Assembly: GCA_963666285.1 (NCBI GenBank)
Contig: OY762711.1
DNA length: 64,000 nucleotides
Origin: Sedimentisphaerales bacterium
GTDB lineage: Bacteria; Planctomycetota; Phycisphaerae; Sedimentisphaerales; SM23-30
Direction: 5' to 3' (one strand)
The notes under the pieces were generated by a model, which ran no database searches, was not told where the DNA came from, and worked only from the letters and a program-made list of their open reading frames with translations. The translations under genes and the position numbers were made by a program. Below, one piece after another: positions 40,935 to 50,792 of this stretch (within the stretch, counting starts at the first letter, position 1; the number at the start of each line of letters is the position of its first letter).

Positions 40935-41756
40935 TCAATGTTGCTTAACTGGGATTTTGTTATTCAGTTTTTGATTTGTATTATCTGCAAGTCCATATTT
41001 TAGAAATATTGCGTGTCCTTTATCAGAACTTGCATAATCAAGAAACTTCTTTGCAATCTCAGGGTATTTGCTTGTTTTTAAGATAGCTAAAACCAGCTTT
41101 TTCTTATTCGCATATTTTTCATCTATTTCCAAAACGTCAACATATGGAGCATTTTCCTGCCATACAGCACATGCATACCAATTAATTACGATGTCTGCCC
41201 TTTTTTCCTTTAACAAGGTAATAAGCCTTTTGGAGTCTGTTGTTAATTCGCTGGCATTTTTTTGAACCTCGTCAAAGATTCCCTTCTTGTCGAGAATCTT
41301 TTTGGTTTCTTTACCGATACTGCCTGTTGTGTGGTTACAGATTACGACATACAGGTCATCTCTTATTAAATTGTCAAGGTCGGCTGTTAGATTCTTAGGA
41401 TTTCCCTTTTGTACCATCAAGGCAGCTTTGTTATAGCCAACATGCGATGATTCTGTTATAAGATCTTCTTCTATACATGTATTGATATAGCTGTCTGAAC
41501 CAGGTAAATATAAATCGCCTACTTTATTTACTTTAATAGATTTAAGTAAGTTTCCCGAGCCGCCTTTTGTGATTATTATCTTACAATTTTCTTCTTGTTC
41601 AATGATCCTGGCAATTTCAGCCATAGGTTGTATCATTGTTATGCCGCAGTAAACCAACAGCTCTTTTTTGTTTTCTTCCTTAGTTGATTCTTTACAGCCG
41701 GTTAATGATATCAGTATGCAGACTAATATGGAGATGATAATATGAGACTTATTCAT
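40935..41756 (-). CDS. ModA-like substrate-binding lipoprotein
   Basis: Lipobox LTGC, YCGITM, GGSGNL, GDLYLPGS, VQKGNPK; no permease or ATPase adjacent. Confidence 0.8.
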   Translation of the reverse strand: MNKSHIIISILVCILISLTGCKESTKEENKKELLVYCGITMIQPMAEIARIIEQEENCKIIITKGGSGNLLKSIKVNKVGDLYLPGSDSYINTCIEEDLITESSHVGYNKAALMVQKGNPKNLTADLDNLIRDDLYVVICNHTTGSIGKETKKILDKKGIFDEVQKNASELTTDSKRLITLLKEKRADIVINWYACAVWQENAPYVDVLEIDEKYANKKKLVLAILKTSKYPEIAKKFLDYASSDKGHAIFLKYGLADNTNQKLNNKIPVKQH

Positions 41757-42019
41757 TTTTATTACCCACTTAAATTCGTTTAATATGTGTTTTCAAAGCC
41801 AAACCTGTATATAGCAAAACTATTGAAAAATCGTGTAATTGCTTTTCTACAAAAATCTTATCGGGTAGTTCATGCTGCTTAATAACTTTGACCTTTAATC
41901 GAAAACAGGTAAAAGTGCTGAAGGTGTATAATTGTTTTTAGAATAAGGGTTTACGTTAAGGGATGTTTGGTGTGTGTATTGTAGATTGTAATTGTAGAGA
42001 TTTATTCGGACCTTAAATA

Positions 42020-43643
42020 GAGTTTTCTCAACAAATCCTAAGTTATTATTTGCAAGATTGTTAAGCTTTAAATAGAATGTTTCAAGTGAAAGATAAGTTA
42101 TCGATATTGCCCAAAACCCTTGCACCTGGAGTATTTTATGTATCGTCGCGAGCCAAAAAATCAGCTAAAATTTGAAGATTTTTACCTGCCTTTTGGCGGT
42201 CAGCTTAACCCTGAGAATCGCTGGGTAATTTTGGCTAAAAAGATAGACTGGGATCTGATAGAAGAGCTATATGTAAAGAACTTCCCCAATCCGGAAGTAG
42301 GTAATCCTGCCAAAGATTCCCGTATAGCTTTTGGCTCATTGATCATCAAAGAACGTTTGAATTTATCAGATGAAGAGACAGTAAACCAGATCAGTGAGAA
42401 TCCATATTTGCAATATTTTATTGGCTCACATGAATATGAAGATAAATGTCCTTTCGGTGATACTTCGATGGTATATTTTCGCAAACGATTTACCCGGGAA
42501 GATTATGGAATGATCAATGCAAAGATAATATCAGATTCATATGACAAACAGAATGATAGCCAGGACGATGATACAGATAAGCCAAACAGTGGCAAATTGA
42601 TTGTAGATGCTTCCTGCTGTCCTTCAGATATTACCTATCCCACAGACCTGAATCTTCTTAATGATGCTCGCGAAAAAACAGAAAAGATGATAGATGTGAT
42701 GCATAAGCCATCAATAGGCTTAAAACGCAAGCCCAGGACTTATCGTAAAAAAGCACGCAAAGATTATCTTGCCGTAGCTAAGCAGAAAAGCCCGGGTAAA
42801 AATAAGCTGCTAAAAGCTATCCGTAAGCAACTTGGCTACCTGCAGCGAAATCTCAAGATTATTGCCCAGATGGCAAGTGAAGGTCTTTTGTCTTTGCTTG
42901 ATAATATTCTTTATCGCAAACTGCTTGTTATTAGTGAGTTATATCGTCAGCAGCAATACATGTATAACAATAAGATACACACCGTATCAGATCGTATTGT
43001 AAGTATCTCCCAACCACATATACGCCCAATAGTTCGCGGTAAAGCCCGTAATAAGACTGAATTTGGAGCCAAGATATCTATCAGTTTAATAGATGGTTTT
43101 AGTTATCTTGATACTATTTGCTGGGATAATTACAGTGAATCAACAGAACTGATATCGCAAATAGAAGCTTATAAAGACCGTACTGGTTGTTATCCTGAGT
43201 CAGTCCATGCAGGCAAGACATACAGGAATCAGACCAATAGAGAGTTTTGTGCTAAAAATGGCATAAGACTATCAGGTCCGGCATTAGGTCGACCGCCTAA
43301 AGATAAGGAAAAGTCAAAAGCGATTCGAAAGCAGCAGTATAAAGATGAGATAGACAGAATACCGGTTGAAGGAAAGTTTGGTCAGGGTAAAAGGCGATTT
43401 GGTCTCGGCTTGATAAAGACAAAACTGATTAAAACAGCTGTTAGTTCAATCTCACTGGCATTCATCGTGATGAATTTAGAGAAAATCCTTAAGAATATTT
43501 CTCTTTTTGCGAGTTTATTGTGGAACATGCTGGTTGCCGGTATGCTAATTAGACGTCTAATGCCAGGCATTATAAGATTGCAGCCCAACAGTAACGCCGG
43601 GCTGCAATTGAAAATCGAAAATTATTGATTATTGAGGAAACTC
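42020..43643 (+). mobile_element. IS5-family insertion sequence
   Basis: Terminal IRs GAGTTTTCTCAACAA / TTATTGAGGAAACTC, flanking TA duplication, transposase inside. Confidence 0.85.
42138..43628 (+). CDS. IS5-family transposase (second catalytic Asp apparently replaced by Gly)
   Basis: FGGQLNPENRW, ENPYLQYF, LIVDAS, EFGAK, VHAGKTYR, RIPVEGKFG. Confidence 0.88.
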   Translation: MYRREPKNQLKFEDFYLPFGGQLNPENRWVILAKKIDWDLIEELYVKNFPNPEVGNPAKDSRIAFGSLIIKERLNLSDEETVNQISENPYLQYFIGSHEYEDKCPFGDTSMVYFRKRFTREDYGMINAKIISDSYDKQNDSQDDDTDKPNSGKLIVDASCCPSDITYPTDLNLLNDAREKTEKMIDVMHKPSIGLKRKPRTYRKKARKDYLAVAKQKSPGKNKLLKAIRKQLGYLQRNLKIIAQMASEGLLSLLDNILYRKLLVISELYRQQQYMYNNKIHTVSDRIVSISQPHIRPIVRGKARNKTEFGAKISISLIDGFSYLDTICWDNYSESTELISQIEAYKDRTGCYPESVHAGKTYRNQTNREFCAKNGIRLSGPALGRPPKDKEKSKAIRKQQYKDEIDRIPVEGKFGQGKRRFGLGLIKTKLIKTAVSSISLAFIVMNLEKILKNISLFASLLWNMLVAGMLIRRLMPGIIRLQPNSNAGLQLKIENY

Positions 43644-44801
43644 TAAATACGAGTTTTATACTTGATTTGCACCTGCTGTCTATTAAGTTTTTTGATCTGC
43701 TTTGCGGTTTTGTTTCGTCGGAAAAGAATCAATTGTATGTGTTTATGATAAGCTTCCATTTATTTCTAATCACTTTTTTAACTCTGATGTTTTCCTATAG
43801 AATCAGCGCATATTTGCATAACCCAAATAGTTAAAATAATAAAATTCCCCAAAACGTATCCCATTTATTGCTAACTAATTATGAATTTCCAGCCCATCCA
43901 TTGTCTAAAAAATATCAGCGCACTTTTTACATATCGTCCAAGTGTAGAGAACAAAGATAAATTAGCTTTCATTATAACTTGAATAACGATGAAAAGATTA
44001 TTTAGATTATTGATTTTGCTCTTTGAAAAGTTAATAAACCTTGTCAAATTTTGTTTGGATTTGTGTGTCCAGAAGCTAATCGATGGCAAGATAGCTGAGA
44101 AATAACACAAACACTGGCTTTTGCAGACACCAAGCTTTTTGTTATTGTAGTGTAAGTGAAAAAAATAAATAGCAATGTATTCTGTTTAATAGAAGTGGCT
44201 CACTAGATTTTTACTGATCCTATGTGTGAATTATGTAAGAGTTATGCCTGAAATAAATGTAGTACGATTATACCATTCATGCTTACTTTCTTAGTTAATA
44301 TGGTATCATTACAAGTCAATAATTATATCCAATGGCTGTTATCCGGCAAAGCAAATATGATACTATAGACAATAAGTTTTTGTGTAATATCAGCCATTTT
44401 TGTTGTCTAAAATAGAAAGATGAAGTCTTACGTGTTGATTGGGTTGTAAGTGTTTGTATTAGTTGTGTTTATGTTTTAGGTCTGGCTGCTGAGTTTTGTG
44501 ATTGTAGCAGGGTATGCCGACCTGACGAAGTTGGAATAGATTGATCCTAATTGTCCAAATATGAACTTTTGCGCGAAATAGGCGATTTTAGTACGCAATA
44601 TAGCCTTGATGGTTTTGTTCCTATAGATTTATAATACAATTGTCTAATTGAATAGAGGAATTTTCAGAGAAAATCCAGTCTATTATTTGAATTCAGAATA
44701 TATAAATCACTAAGTCAAAACTTCTAATTAATTTGTAAATGTGAGCACAGGTATATATCTGTGAAAGTATAAGAATTATGTTTCTTTTTGGAGGATCTAA
44801 C

Positions 44802-46904
44802 ATGCAGATTAAATTTGTAAGGACAGCGATATTGTGTTTACTATCGCTGGCGAGTATTTCCTTGGCGGAGTATACAATTACTTCTGCCGACGGTAATGGA
44901 GCTGACACCGGGTTACAGAATGATAACCAAAGAACAACCAGCTATGCAAATTCTACACACGGTTCAGAGGGCTCGTCTGAAATACGATATTGGGAAAATG
45001 TTCGAGCCAGATGTATTATGCTTCGTTTTGATATTAGCGATGGTATTGGCGGAGATGTTTCAGGAGCGATATTGTCTCTTACTGAAACTGTAGGTAACAG
45101 GGGGCGTGATCTTACAGTATATGGACTTAATGATGGCGAAGGAGATAACTGGGACGAAAGTACGATCAGTTATGATACAACACCAGGTTTATTACCGCCA
45201 TATGTTTATACCAGCACAGATCCAAATGCTTTAATAACTGTTGATGAAACTGTTTGGACAGTAGTTGAAACTTTTCCGTTTCTAGATATTTATGAAGATT
45301 GGGACGGTTCTGGTTCTAGCTATGATCAACCTACAGTTATCTCCAGTTCAGGCTCAGAAGATCTTGACAATTTTATAGCCGCTGACACAAACGGCCTGTT
45401 GTCATTTCTTATTGTTTTGCCGGCTGATTCTGCTCCTGATTACTATGTAGCAATGAAAGAAAATACAGATGGTTATGCTATCCCGTCTCTTGTTTTTCCA
45501 AATGCAAGATTTGCAACTAACTCGAGTCCAGAAAATCATGAAACTGTACTTATTTCTCATGACACTTTGAGCTGGACAAATACCGCTCCTGAAGGTGCGG
45601 GTCCCATTACATGTGATGTATATCTTGGCATGAATGAGCCAAACTTTGCTAATCCTGATTATGATCTTACAAAAATAGCAGAAGGTAAAACCGAGACATC
45701 ATTGACTATCCCCTTTGCTTTAAGCGAAGGCAAATATTACTGGGTAGTTGATTCTTATGATGCAGGTACATTTTTGGGTAACGGTGCAGTGTGGACCTTT
45801 GATGTAACAGCTGCTCCTCAAGTCACAACAAGCCCATCTGACCAGATTATAAAACCTGGAGAAACGGCAGAGTTTTCTGTTGCAGTTGAAAGTGTGTCTG
45901 CTGTGACATATACCTGGTATCAAAGTGCAGATAATGCAAATGATACACCTGCTGATGATATTGTTGTTCGTATTGGTTCAGAAATGCTTTCAATTGCCAA
46001 TGTCACCGTTTCTGACGAAGGTTACTATTATTGCAAAGCAGTAAACAGTTCCGGAGAAGCGATGGCGGCATATTCTGATGTCGCTCGTCTGGTTGTGCAG
46101 CGTCAGGTAGCTCACTGGACAATGAATGAACTAGTTGATGGTGTTTTAGTAGATACCAGCGGTGAAGGCAATGATGCAACTCCTTCGAGTGAAGCGATTG
46201 CTTTTGCAGATGGTGTTAACGTACTAATGACAGGTCAGGGTTCTGTATTTGCAGATTCTATCTATGCCCAGGCCGGTACATATGACCCAACAAGCATTTC
46301 AGGTGAATTTACAATATCGTTATGGCTCAGATTGGACTCAATTGATGGTTCAACAGGTATTATTTGCAAACACAATGGATGGGATGCTAATACAACCCTT
46401 TGGCAGTTTGGTACATCATCTGGCAGGGGATTGCGTATTTTCCGTGCAGGTAACAGCAATGTTATATATGGTCAGACTCTGACACTTGGTCAATGGTATT
46501 ATGTTGCAGTTACCTTTGATGGTGCAACTGCTAATATTTACTCTTTCGAGGTTGGTAGTGATGACATTTCATTTGATCTTGGTTCCGGAGCGTTCTCTCT
46601 TGGTGGTATGAACGATGCTGATTTCAATATTGGCTGTGCGAATATTGATTCTGAAACAGGAGAACCTGCAGAATTATTTAATGGTATGTTGGATGAAATC
46701 CAGGTATTTAATTATGCTAAGTCAGCAATAGAAATTGCAGATTTGTATAATGAAGCCGTTGCCCAGGATTTCTGTCTGCTGGAATACGGCAGTTCTGAAT
46801 TTGATCTGGATGTAAATGATAACTGCAGAATTGACCTGGTTGATTTTGCAGATCTGATGCAGACCTGGCTGGAATGTGGATTGTATCCTAATTGTCCTCA
46901 ATAA
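44802..46904 (+). CDS. secreted DNRLRE-like + Ig + LamG protein with C-terminal dockerin-like motif
   Basis: RBS GGAGG, signal peptide, LRFDIS, YYWVVDS, EGYYYC, FTISLW...FNGMLDE, DVNDNCRIDLVDF...WLEC. Confidence 0.85.
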   Translation: MQIKFVRTAILCLLSLASISLAEYTITSADGNGADTGLQNDNQRTTSYANSTHGSEGSSEIRYWENVRARCIMLRFDISDGIGGDVSGAILSLTETVGNRGRDLTVYGLNDGEGDNWDESTISYDTTPGLLPPYVYTSTDPNALITVDETVWTVVETFPFLDIYEDWDGSGSSYDQPTVISSSGSEDLDNFIAADTNGLLSFLIVLPADSAPDYYVAMKENTDGYAIPSLVFPNARFATNSSPENHETVLISHDTLSWTNTAPEGAGPITCDVYLGMNEPNFANPDYDLTKIAEGKTETSLTIPFALSEGKYYWVVDSYDAGTFLGNGAVWTFDVTAAPQVTTSPSDQIIKPGETAEFSVAVESVSAVTYTWYQSADNANDTPADDIVVRIGSEMLSIANVTVSDEGYYYCKAVNSSGEAMAAYSDVARLVVQRQVAHWTMNELVDGVLVDTSGEGNDATPSSEAIAFADGVNVLMTGQGSVFADSIYAQAGTYDPTSISGEFTISLWLRLDSIDGSTGIICKHNGWDANTTLWQFGTSSGRGLRIFRAGNSNVIYGQTLTLGQWYYVAVTFDGATANIYSFEVGSDDISFDLGSGAFSLGGMNDADFNIGCANIDSETGEPAELFNGMLDEIQVFNYAKSAIEIADLYNEAVAQDFCLLEYGSSEFDLDVNDNCRIDLVDFADLMQTWLECGLYPNCPQ

Positions 46905-46939
46905 TTCTAAATCATAAATACAAACTTGGAGATATAGTC

Positions 46940-48979
46940 ATGAAAAAAATATTAGCTTTAATTTTATTAATGATGGTTATGGGTTCTACCCATGCCGAAA
47001 CGGTTACGATGACAAGTGATGCCGATACCTGGCTTCGTGGAGGCCAGAGCCCAAAAGGTTCAGATGGTTATTTGGACATAATGGGTTACTATGACTTTAG
47101 CGGTATATATCGATTTGATTTGTCAAGTCTTGGAGTTATTTCTATTTCTGATGCTTCGTTAACTTTAACTGTAACAGGTGACTGTTGGAGAAGAAATGAT
47201 ACTTTTACAACAGGTCGTTTAGCATTATTTGGCATGAATAATGTTGAAGGTAACACCCCACAGGATTGGGACGAAGCTACATTTACTGCAGATATGTCAG
47301 GTGCCGAGTGGACAGGCGTGATGCCGATGGATGATTCTGTTGCAAACGGCAGAGTTGTTAATCTGGATGCAGACAATGGAGCTAATACTGTTGAAACTGG
47401 TGGCGGTTCCGCTGCTGCCGGAACCAGTATTACTCTTTCAGGAGATGATCTAGTTACTTTCCTTCAAAGTCGTGTTTTTGATGGTGGTTTAGCCTCATTT
47501 TTTGCAGGAAATCCTCTAAATGAGCAAAGAGGCTATGGCTTAGCTACCAAAGAGTATGCTGTAGCAGAATATCACCCTGTTTTAGAAATTACATATGAAC
47601 CTATCGCATATGCATATTTGCCTCAGCCCGAAGATGAAGCATCTGTTTCTTTGGATATAAGTGAATTATCCTGGAGTTATCCTCCATCAGAAGGTACAGT
47701 AACCTGTGATGTATATTTCGGTACTGAAGAACCAAATGCTCTTCTGGAAAATTATGGTTATGACGGTCCGACTTTAACTGGTGTTCTTGCGGCAGATTTG
47801 CCAATTGCTATTCCTGTAACAGTTCAGCCATCAACTACTTACTACTGGGTTGTTGATTGTACAGATTCAGCGACAGGTGTAACAACTCCAGGTAAGAAAG
47901 TATGGTCATTCTATGTTTCCGGTGCTCCTGAATTAGTTACCGATCTTGCAGGAACTGCAGAATTTGAAGGGACTACAGCAGTTTTAAGTACCTCATTTAC
48001 TACTGATGCTGCTTTAGTTTCCGGTTCGCCAAAGTGGTATATGGTTGGTGAAACCGATACAGAAGTTTCAGATTCAGATGCAGATATTACTATCAGCCTT
48101 ACAAATGACAGCGGTGTTTATACTTCTGCTTTAGAGATAGCTAACTTGGATGCTGCTGATGAAGCTGAATATTATTGTGTAATTGAAAACTCAAATGGTC
48201 CAACCCAGACATCAACTGTTAAGCTGATTGTCAAGCGTGAGCTGGCTCACTTTACTTTTGATACAGATCCTAACGATGTACTTGGTAATTTTACTGGTCA
48301 AACTACAGGAAGTCCTACGTACGAAACCGGTAAAGTTGGCAATGCAATTGTTTTCGATGGTGAGGAAGATTATATAACTCTGTCTGAAGGTTTTGAAGAT
48401 TTTACTGCCGGTATGACAATTTCTGTTTGGGCATATCCTACAGCTGTTAATAACTGGGCCAGATTTATTGATTTTGGTACAGGCAATGGTAATGATGATC
48501 TATTATTTTCTCGATATGGTACAACTAATACATTGTCACTTCGCTTCAATGATTCTGAGGCTGTTTTGATTGGAGATTTTGGTTCCGAAGATACTCTTGA
48601 ATTGAATGTGTGGCAGATGTTTGTTGTTACCATTGATGCGGCCGGCAATATTATCATTTATAAAGATGGTTTACCAGTTCTTGATGGTGCCTTAACTGAT
48701 ATGCCAACTGTTGCTGTTCGTACAAGTAACTTCATAGGCAAGAGCAATTGGGAATCAGACTCTCTGTATGCCGGTATGATGGATGATATGCATATCTATA
48801 ACTATGCAATTACAGATGATGATGTCGCAGATATGTATGCTGCGGTAGAAGGTGATTTCTGCCGTGAAAGGCCGGAGTATGATCTGACAGGCGATTGCAA
48901 GGTTGATGTTTACGATCTGTCATACCTGGTGTCTTACTGGCTGGACTGTGGATTCTATCCAAATCCTGCTTGTGAATAA
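46940..48979 (+). CDS. secreted DNRLRE-like + Ig + LamG protein with C-terminal dockerin-like motif (paralog)
   Basis: RBS GGAG, DADTW, YRFDLS, YYWVVDC, EAEYYC, TISVW...YAGMMDD, DLTGDCKVDVYDL...WLDC. Confidence 0.85.
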   Translation: MKKILALILLMMVMGSTHAETVTMTSDADTWLRGGQSPKGSDGYLDIMGYYDFSGIYRFDLSSLGVISISDASLTLTVTGDCWRRNDTFTTGRLALFGMNNVEGNTPQDWDEATFTADMSGAEWTGVMPMDDSVANGRVVNLDADNGANTVETGGGSAAAGTSITLSGDDLVTFLQSRVFDGGLASFFAGNPLNEQRGYGLATKEYAVAEYHPVLEITYEPIAYAYLPQPEDEASVSLDISELSWSYPPSEGTVTCDVYFGTEEPNALLENYGYDGPTLTGVLAADLPIAIPVTVQPSTTYYWVVDCTDSATGVTTPGKKVWSFYVSGAPELVTDLAGTAEFEGTTAVLSTSFTTDAALVSGSPKWYMVGETDTEVSDSDADITISLTNDSGVYTSALEIANLDAADEAEYYCVIENSNGPTQTSTVKLIVKRELAHFTFDTDPNDVLGNFTGQTTGSPTYETGKVGNAIVFDGEEDYITLSEGFEDFTAGMTISVWAYPTAVNNWARFIDFGTGNGNDDLLFSRYGTTNTLSLRFNDSEAVLIGDFGSEDTLELNVWQMFVVTIDAAGNIIIYKDGLPVLDGALTDMPTVAVRTSNFIGKSNWESDSLYAGMMDDMHIYNYAITDDDVADMYAAVEGDFCRERPEYDLTGDCKVDVYDLSYLVSYWLDCGFYPNPACE

Positions 48980-49033
48980 TGCTATTCAGATGAAAGTTTT
49001 CATTCTTAAATAGTTAAATTATTTATATATTTT

Positions 49034-49070
49034 AAGCACCTGTATTATTTTGATGCAGGTGCTTTTTTTT
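49034..49070 (+). terminator. intrinsic terminator
   Basis: AAGCACCTG...CAGGTGCTT plus U tract. Confidence 0.8.
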
Positions 49071-49612
49071 ATGATTTCAACTATGGATTAATTAATAATC
49101 GTTTTCAATACTATTATGCTATGCCTTAGGTAAAGGCTATTTTAATGGTTATAAATACTATAAATGATGTTTATTCTGCCCAAAGCGCAGCTATTTAAGG
49201 GGAGTGCACAAAATGACGTATAATAATGCGCAAAATCGACTTGTTAAAAACGAGTAAATTTACGATAGTAGATATATTCTGATTAATATTAAAAATGCAA
49301 TTGTGTATTATTAGCATTCACTTAATGTTATTAATTGTGTTTGTTGTGTGAAAGATATATTTAGCTTGGATGAAATTTATAATTGTTGAGCATATTGTAA
49401 ATTTCATTAAATAGTACCCTCATACGGTGGATTTTCTTTAAGCCTATGTGATTTTATTTGAAGTAAAGTTTATTTGTAATTTTCTATTTATTTTAAAATA
49501 TGGATATCTGGGTTCAATTGTGAACCGTTTGTGTTTGGTGTTTCGAGTAGCATTACTATAAATGATAATGTGCTTTAAAGTATAATTTTGTGTTTAATAG
49601 GAGAATTTAATT

Positions 49613-50554
49613 ATGTTTTATTATGGTTCTAAAAAAGGTAAAGGATTTACCTTAATTGAATTATTGGTTGTAATTTCAATTATTGCTTTGCTGGTTTCAA
49701 TATTGATGCCATCGTTGAACAGGGCAAAAGACAATGCAAAAAGAACAGTATGTGCCAGTAACCTTAAAAGTATCGGCCAGGCTATTATGATGTATGCTGG
49801 TGACAATGGGGATAAGTTACCTAGAAATATGGATGCTCTTAATGACAGCAGTCCTTTAGCAAATCAGGAGTATAATGAGACAGGAGAAGGTTCACCTCAC
49901 AGATCATATATGATGTTTGATATCGCCGGTAACCGCAGTCTTAGCATAAAACCCTGGGATCGAATAAAGTATAGATACGGTATGGGTTATTTAATGAAGA
50001 AGTATATAGATATTCCAGAAACTTTTTATTGTGAAGGTATTCCAAGGAAGAGGCAGGGTGGCAGTGGAGATGAATTCTCATTAGCATTCAGGTTTGATGA
50101 TTATGATGCCATAGGAGGTTATCCATGGTCGCCGGATGACATGATTAACAACAATCTGATTCGTAGCAGTTTTAACTATATTCCTCAATCTCGTAAGAAA
50201 AAGGTTGCTGTAGCTTTAGACGTGCCAGGATCTTCTTATGATATGACGCAAGCGCAAGCTGATGGAGGGGTTTTTAAAGGAGGAGTTGAGTATTTCCCTG
50301 AAATAGCTACTTCTACATCAGAGTTGTATGGCGATTATTCTATAGTATCAGGTCTTATTCACAATATCGCATTTTTGCCTCATAGAATGGGTAGTGGTAA
50401 GAATGCGGCTTCTGGTATAAATGTACTCTTTGGTGATTGTAGTGTTAGATTTGGCAATGATTTACGAGCAGCACAAAGTGATCTGTGGGATACAGAAAAT
50501 TTGGGTGTGCATGAATATGCGGTTAGAAAGCTTATCTCACTTTTTGAAAAATAA
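49613..50554 (+). CDS. prepilin-type N-terminal cleavage/methylation protein (H-X9-DG-like)
   Basis: [42 protein letters not shown]. Confidence 0.9.
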   Translation: MFYYGSKKGKGFTLIELLVVISIIALLVSILMPSLNRAKDNAKRTVCASNLKSIGQAIMMYAGDNGDKLPRNMDALNDSSPLANQEYNETGEGSPHRSYMMFDIAGNRSLSIKPWDRIKYRYGMGYLMKKYIDIPETFYCEGIPRKRQGGSGDEFSLAFRFDDYDAIGGYPWSPDDMINNNLIRSSFNYIPQSRKKKVAVALDVPGSSYDMTQAQADGGVFKGGVEYFPEIATSTSELYGDYSIVSGLIHNIAFLPHRMGSGKNAASGINVLFGDCSVRFGNDLRAAQSDLWDTENLGVHEYAVRKLISLFEK

Positions 50555-50635
50555 GAATATATTTTATCAGATGTAAGTATCTGTAATATAGATAGTTAAT
50601 GTGTGATTGCATTTTGAATTGTGTTTTCAAATATA

Positions 50636-50672
50636 GAGGTGTCTGACGATTTGATTGTCAGGCACCTTTTTT
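50636..50672 (+). terminator. intrinsic terminator
   Basis: AGGTGTCTGAC...GTCAGGCACCT plus U tract. Confidence 0.8.
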
Positions 50673-50792
50673 GTTGGTTTGTTAAGGTGTTATGGAATAT
50701 GTATTTAAGTTGATAGCGTGGTTGGAGATATTGGGAAATTATAAATATGGGGCTTCAAAAAAGCTATAATAGTATGTATTATAGGAAGATAT

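Noticed and set aside
43644..44780. oriC or dif site in the long AT-rich intergenic region
   Set aside because: No perfect TTATCCACA boxes seen; the dif-like string near 44214-44241 matches only part of the XerD arm
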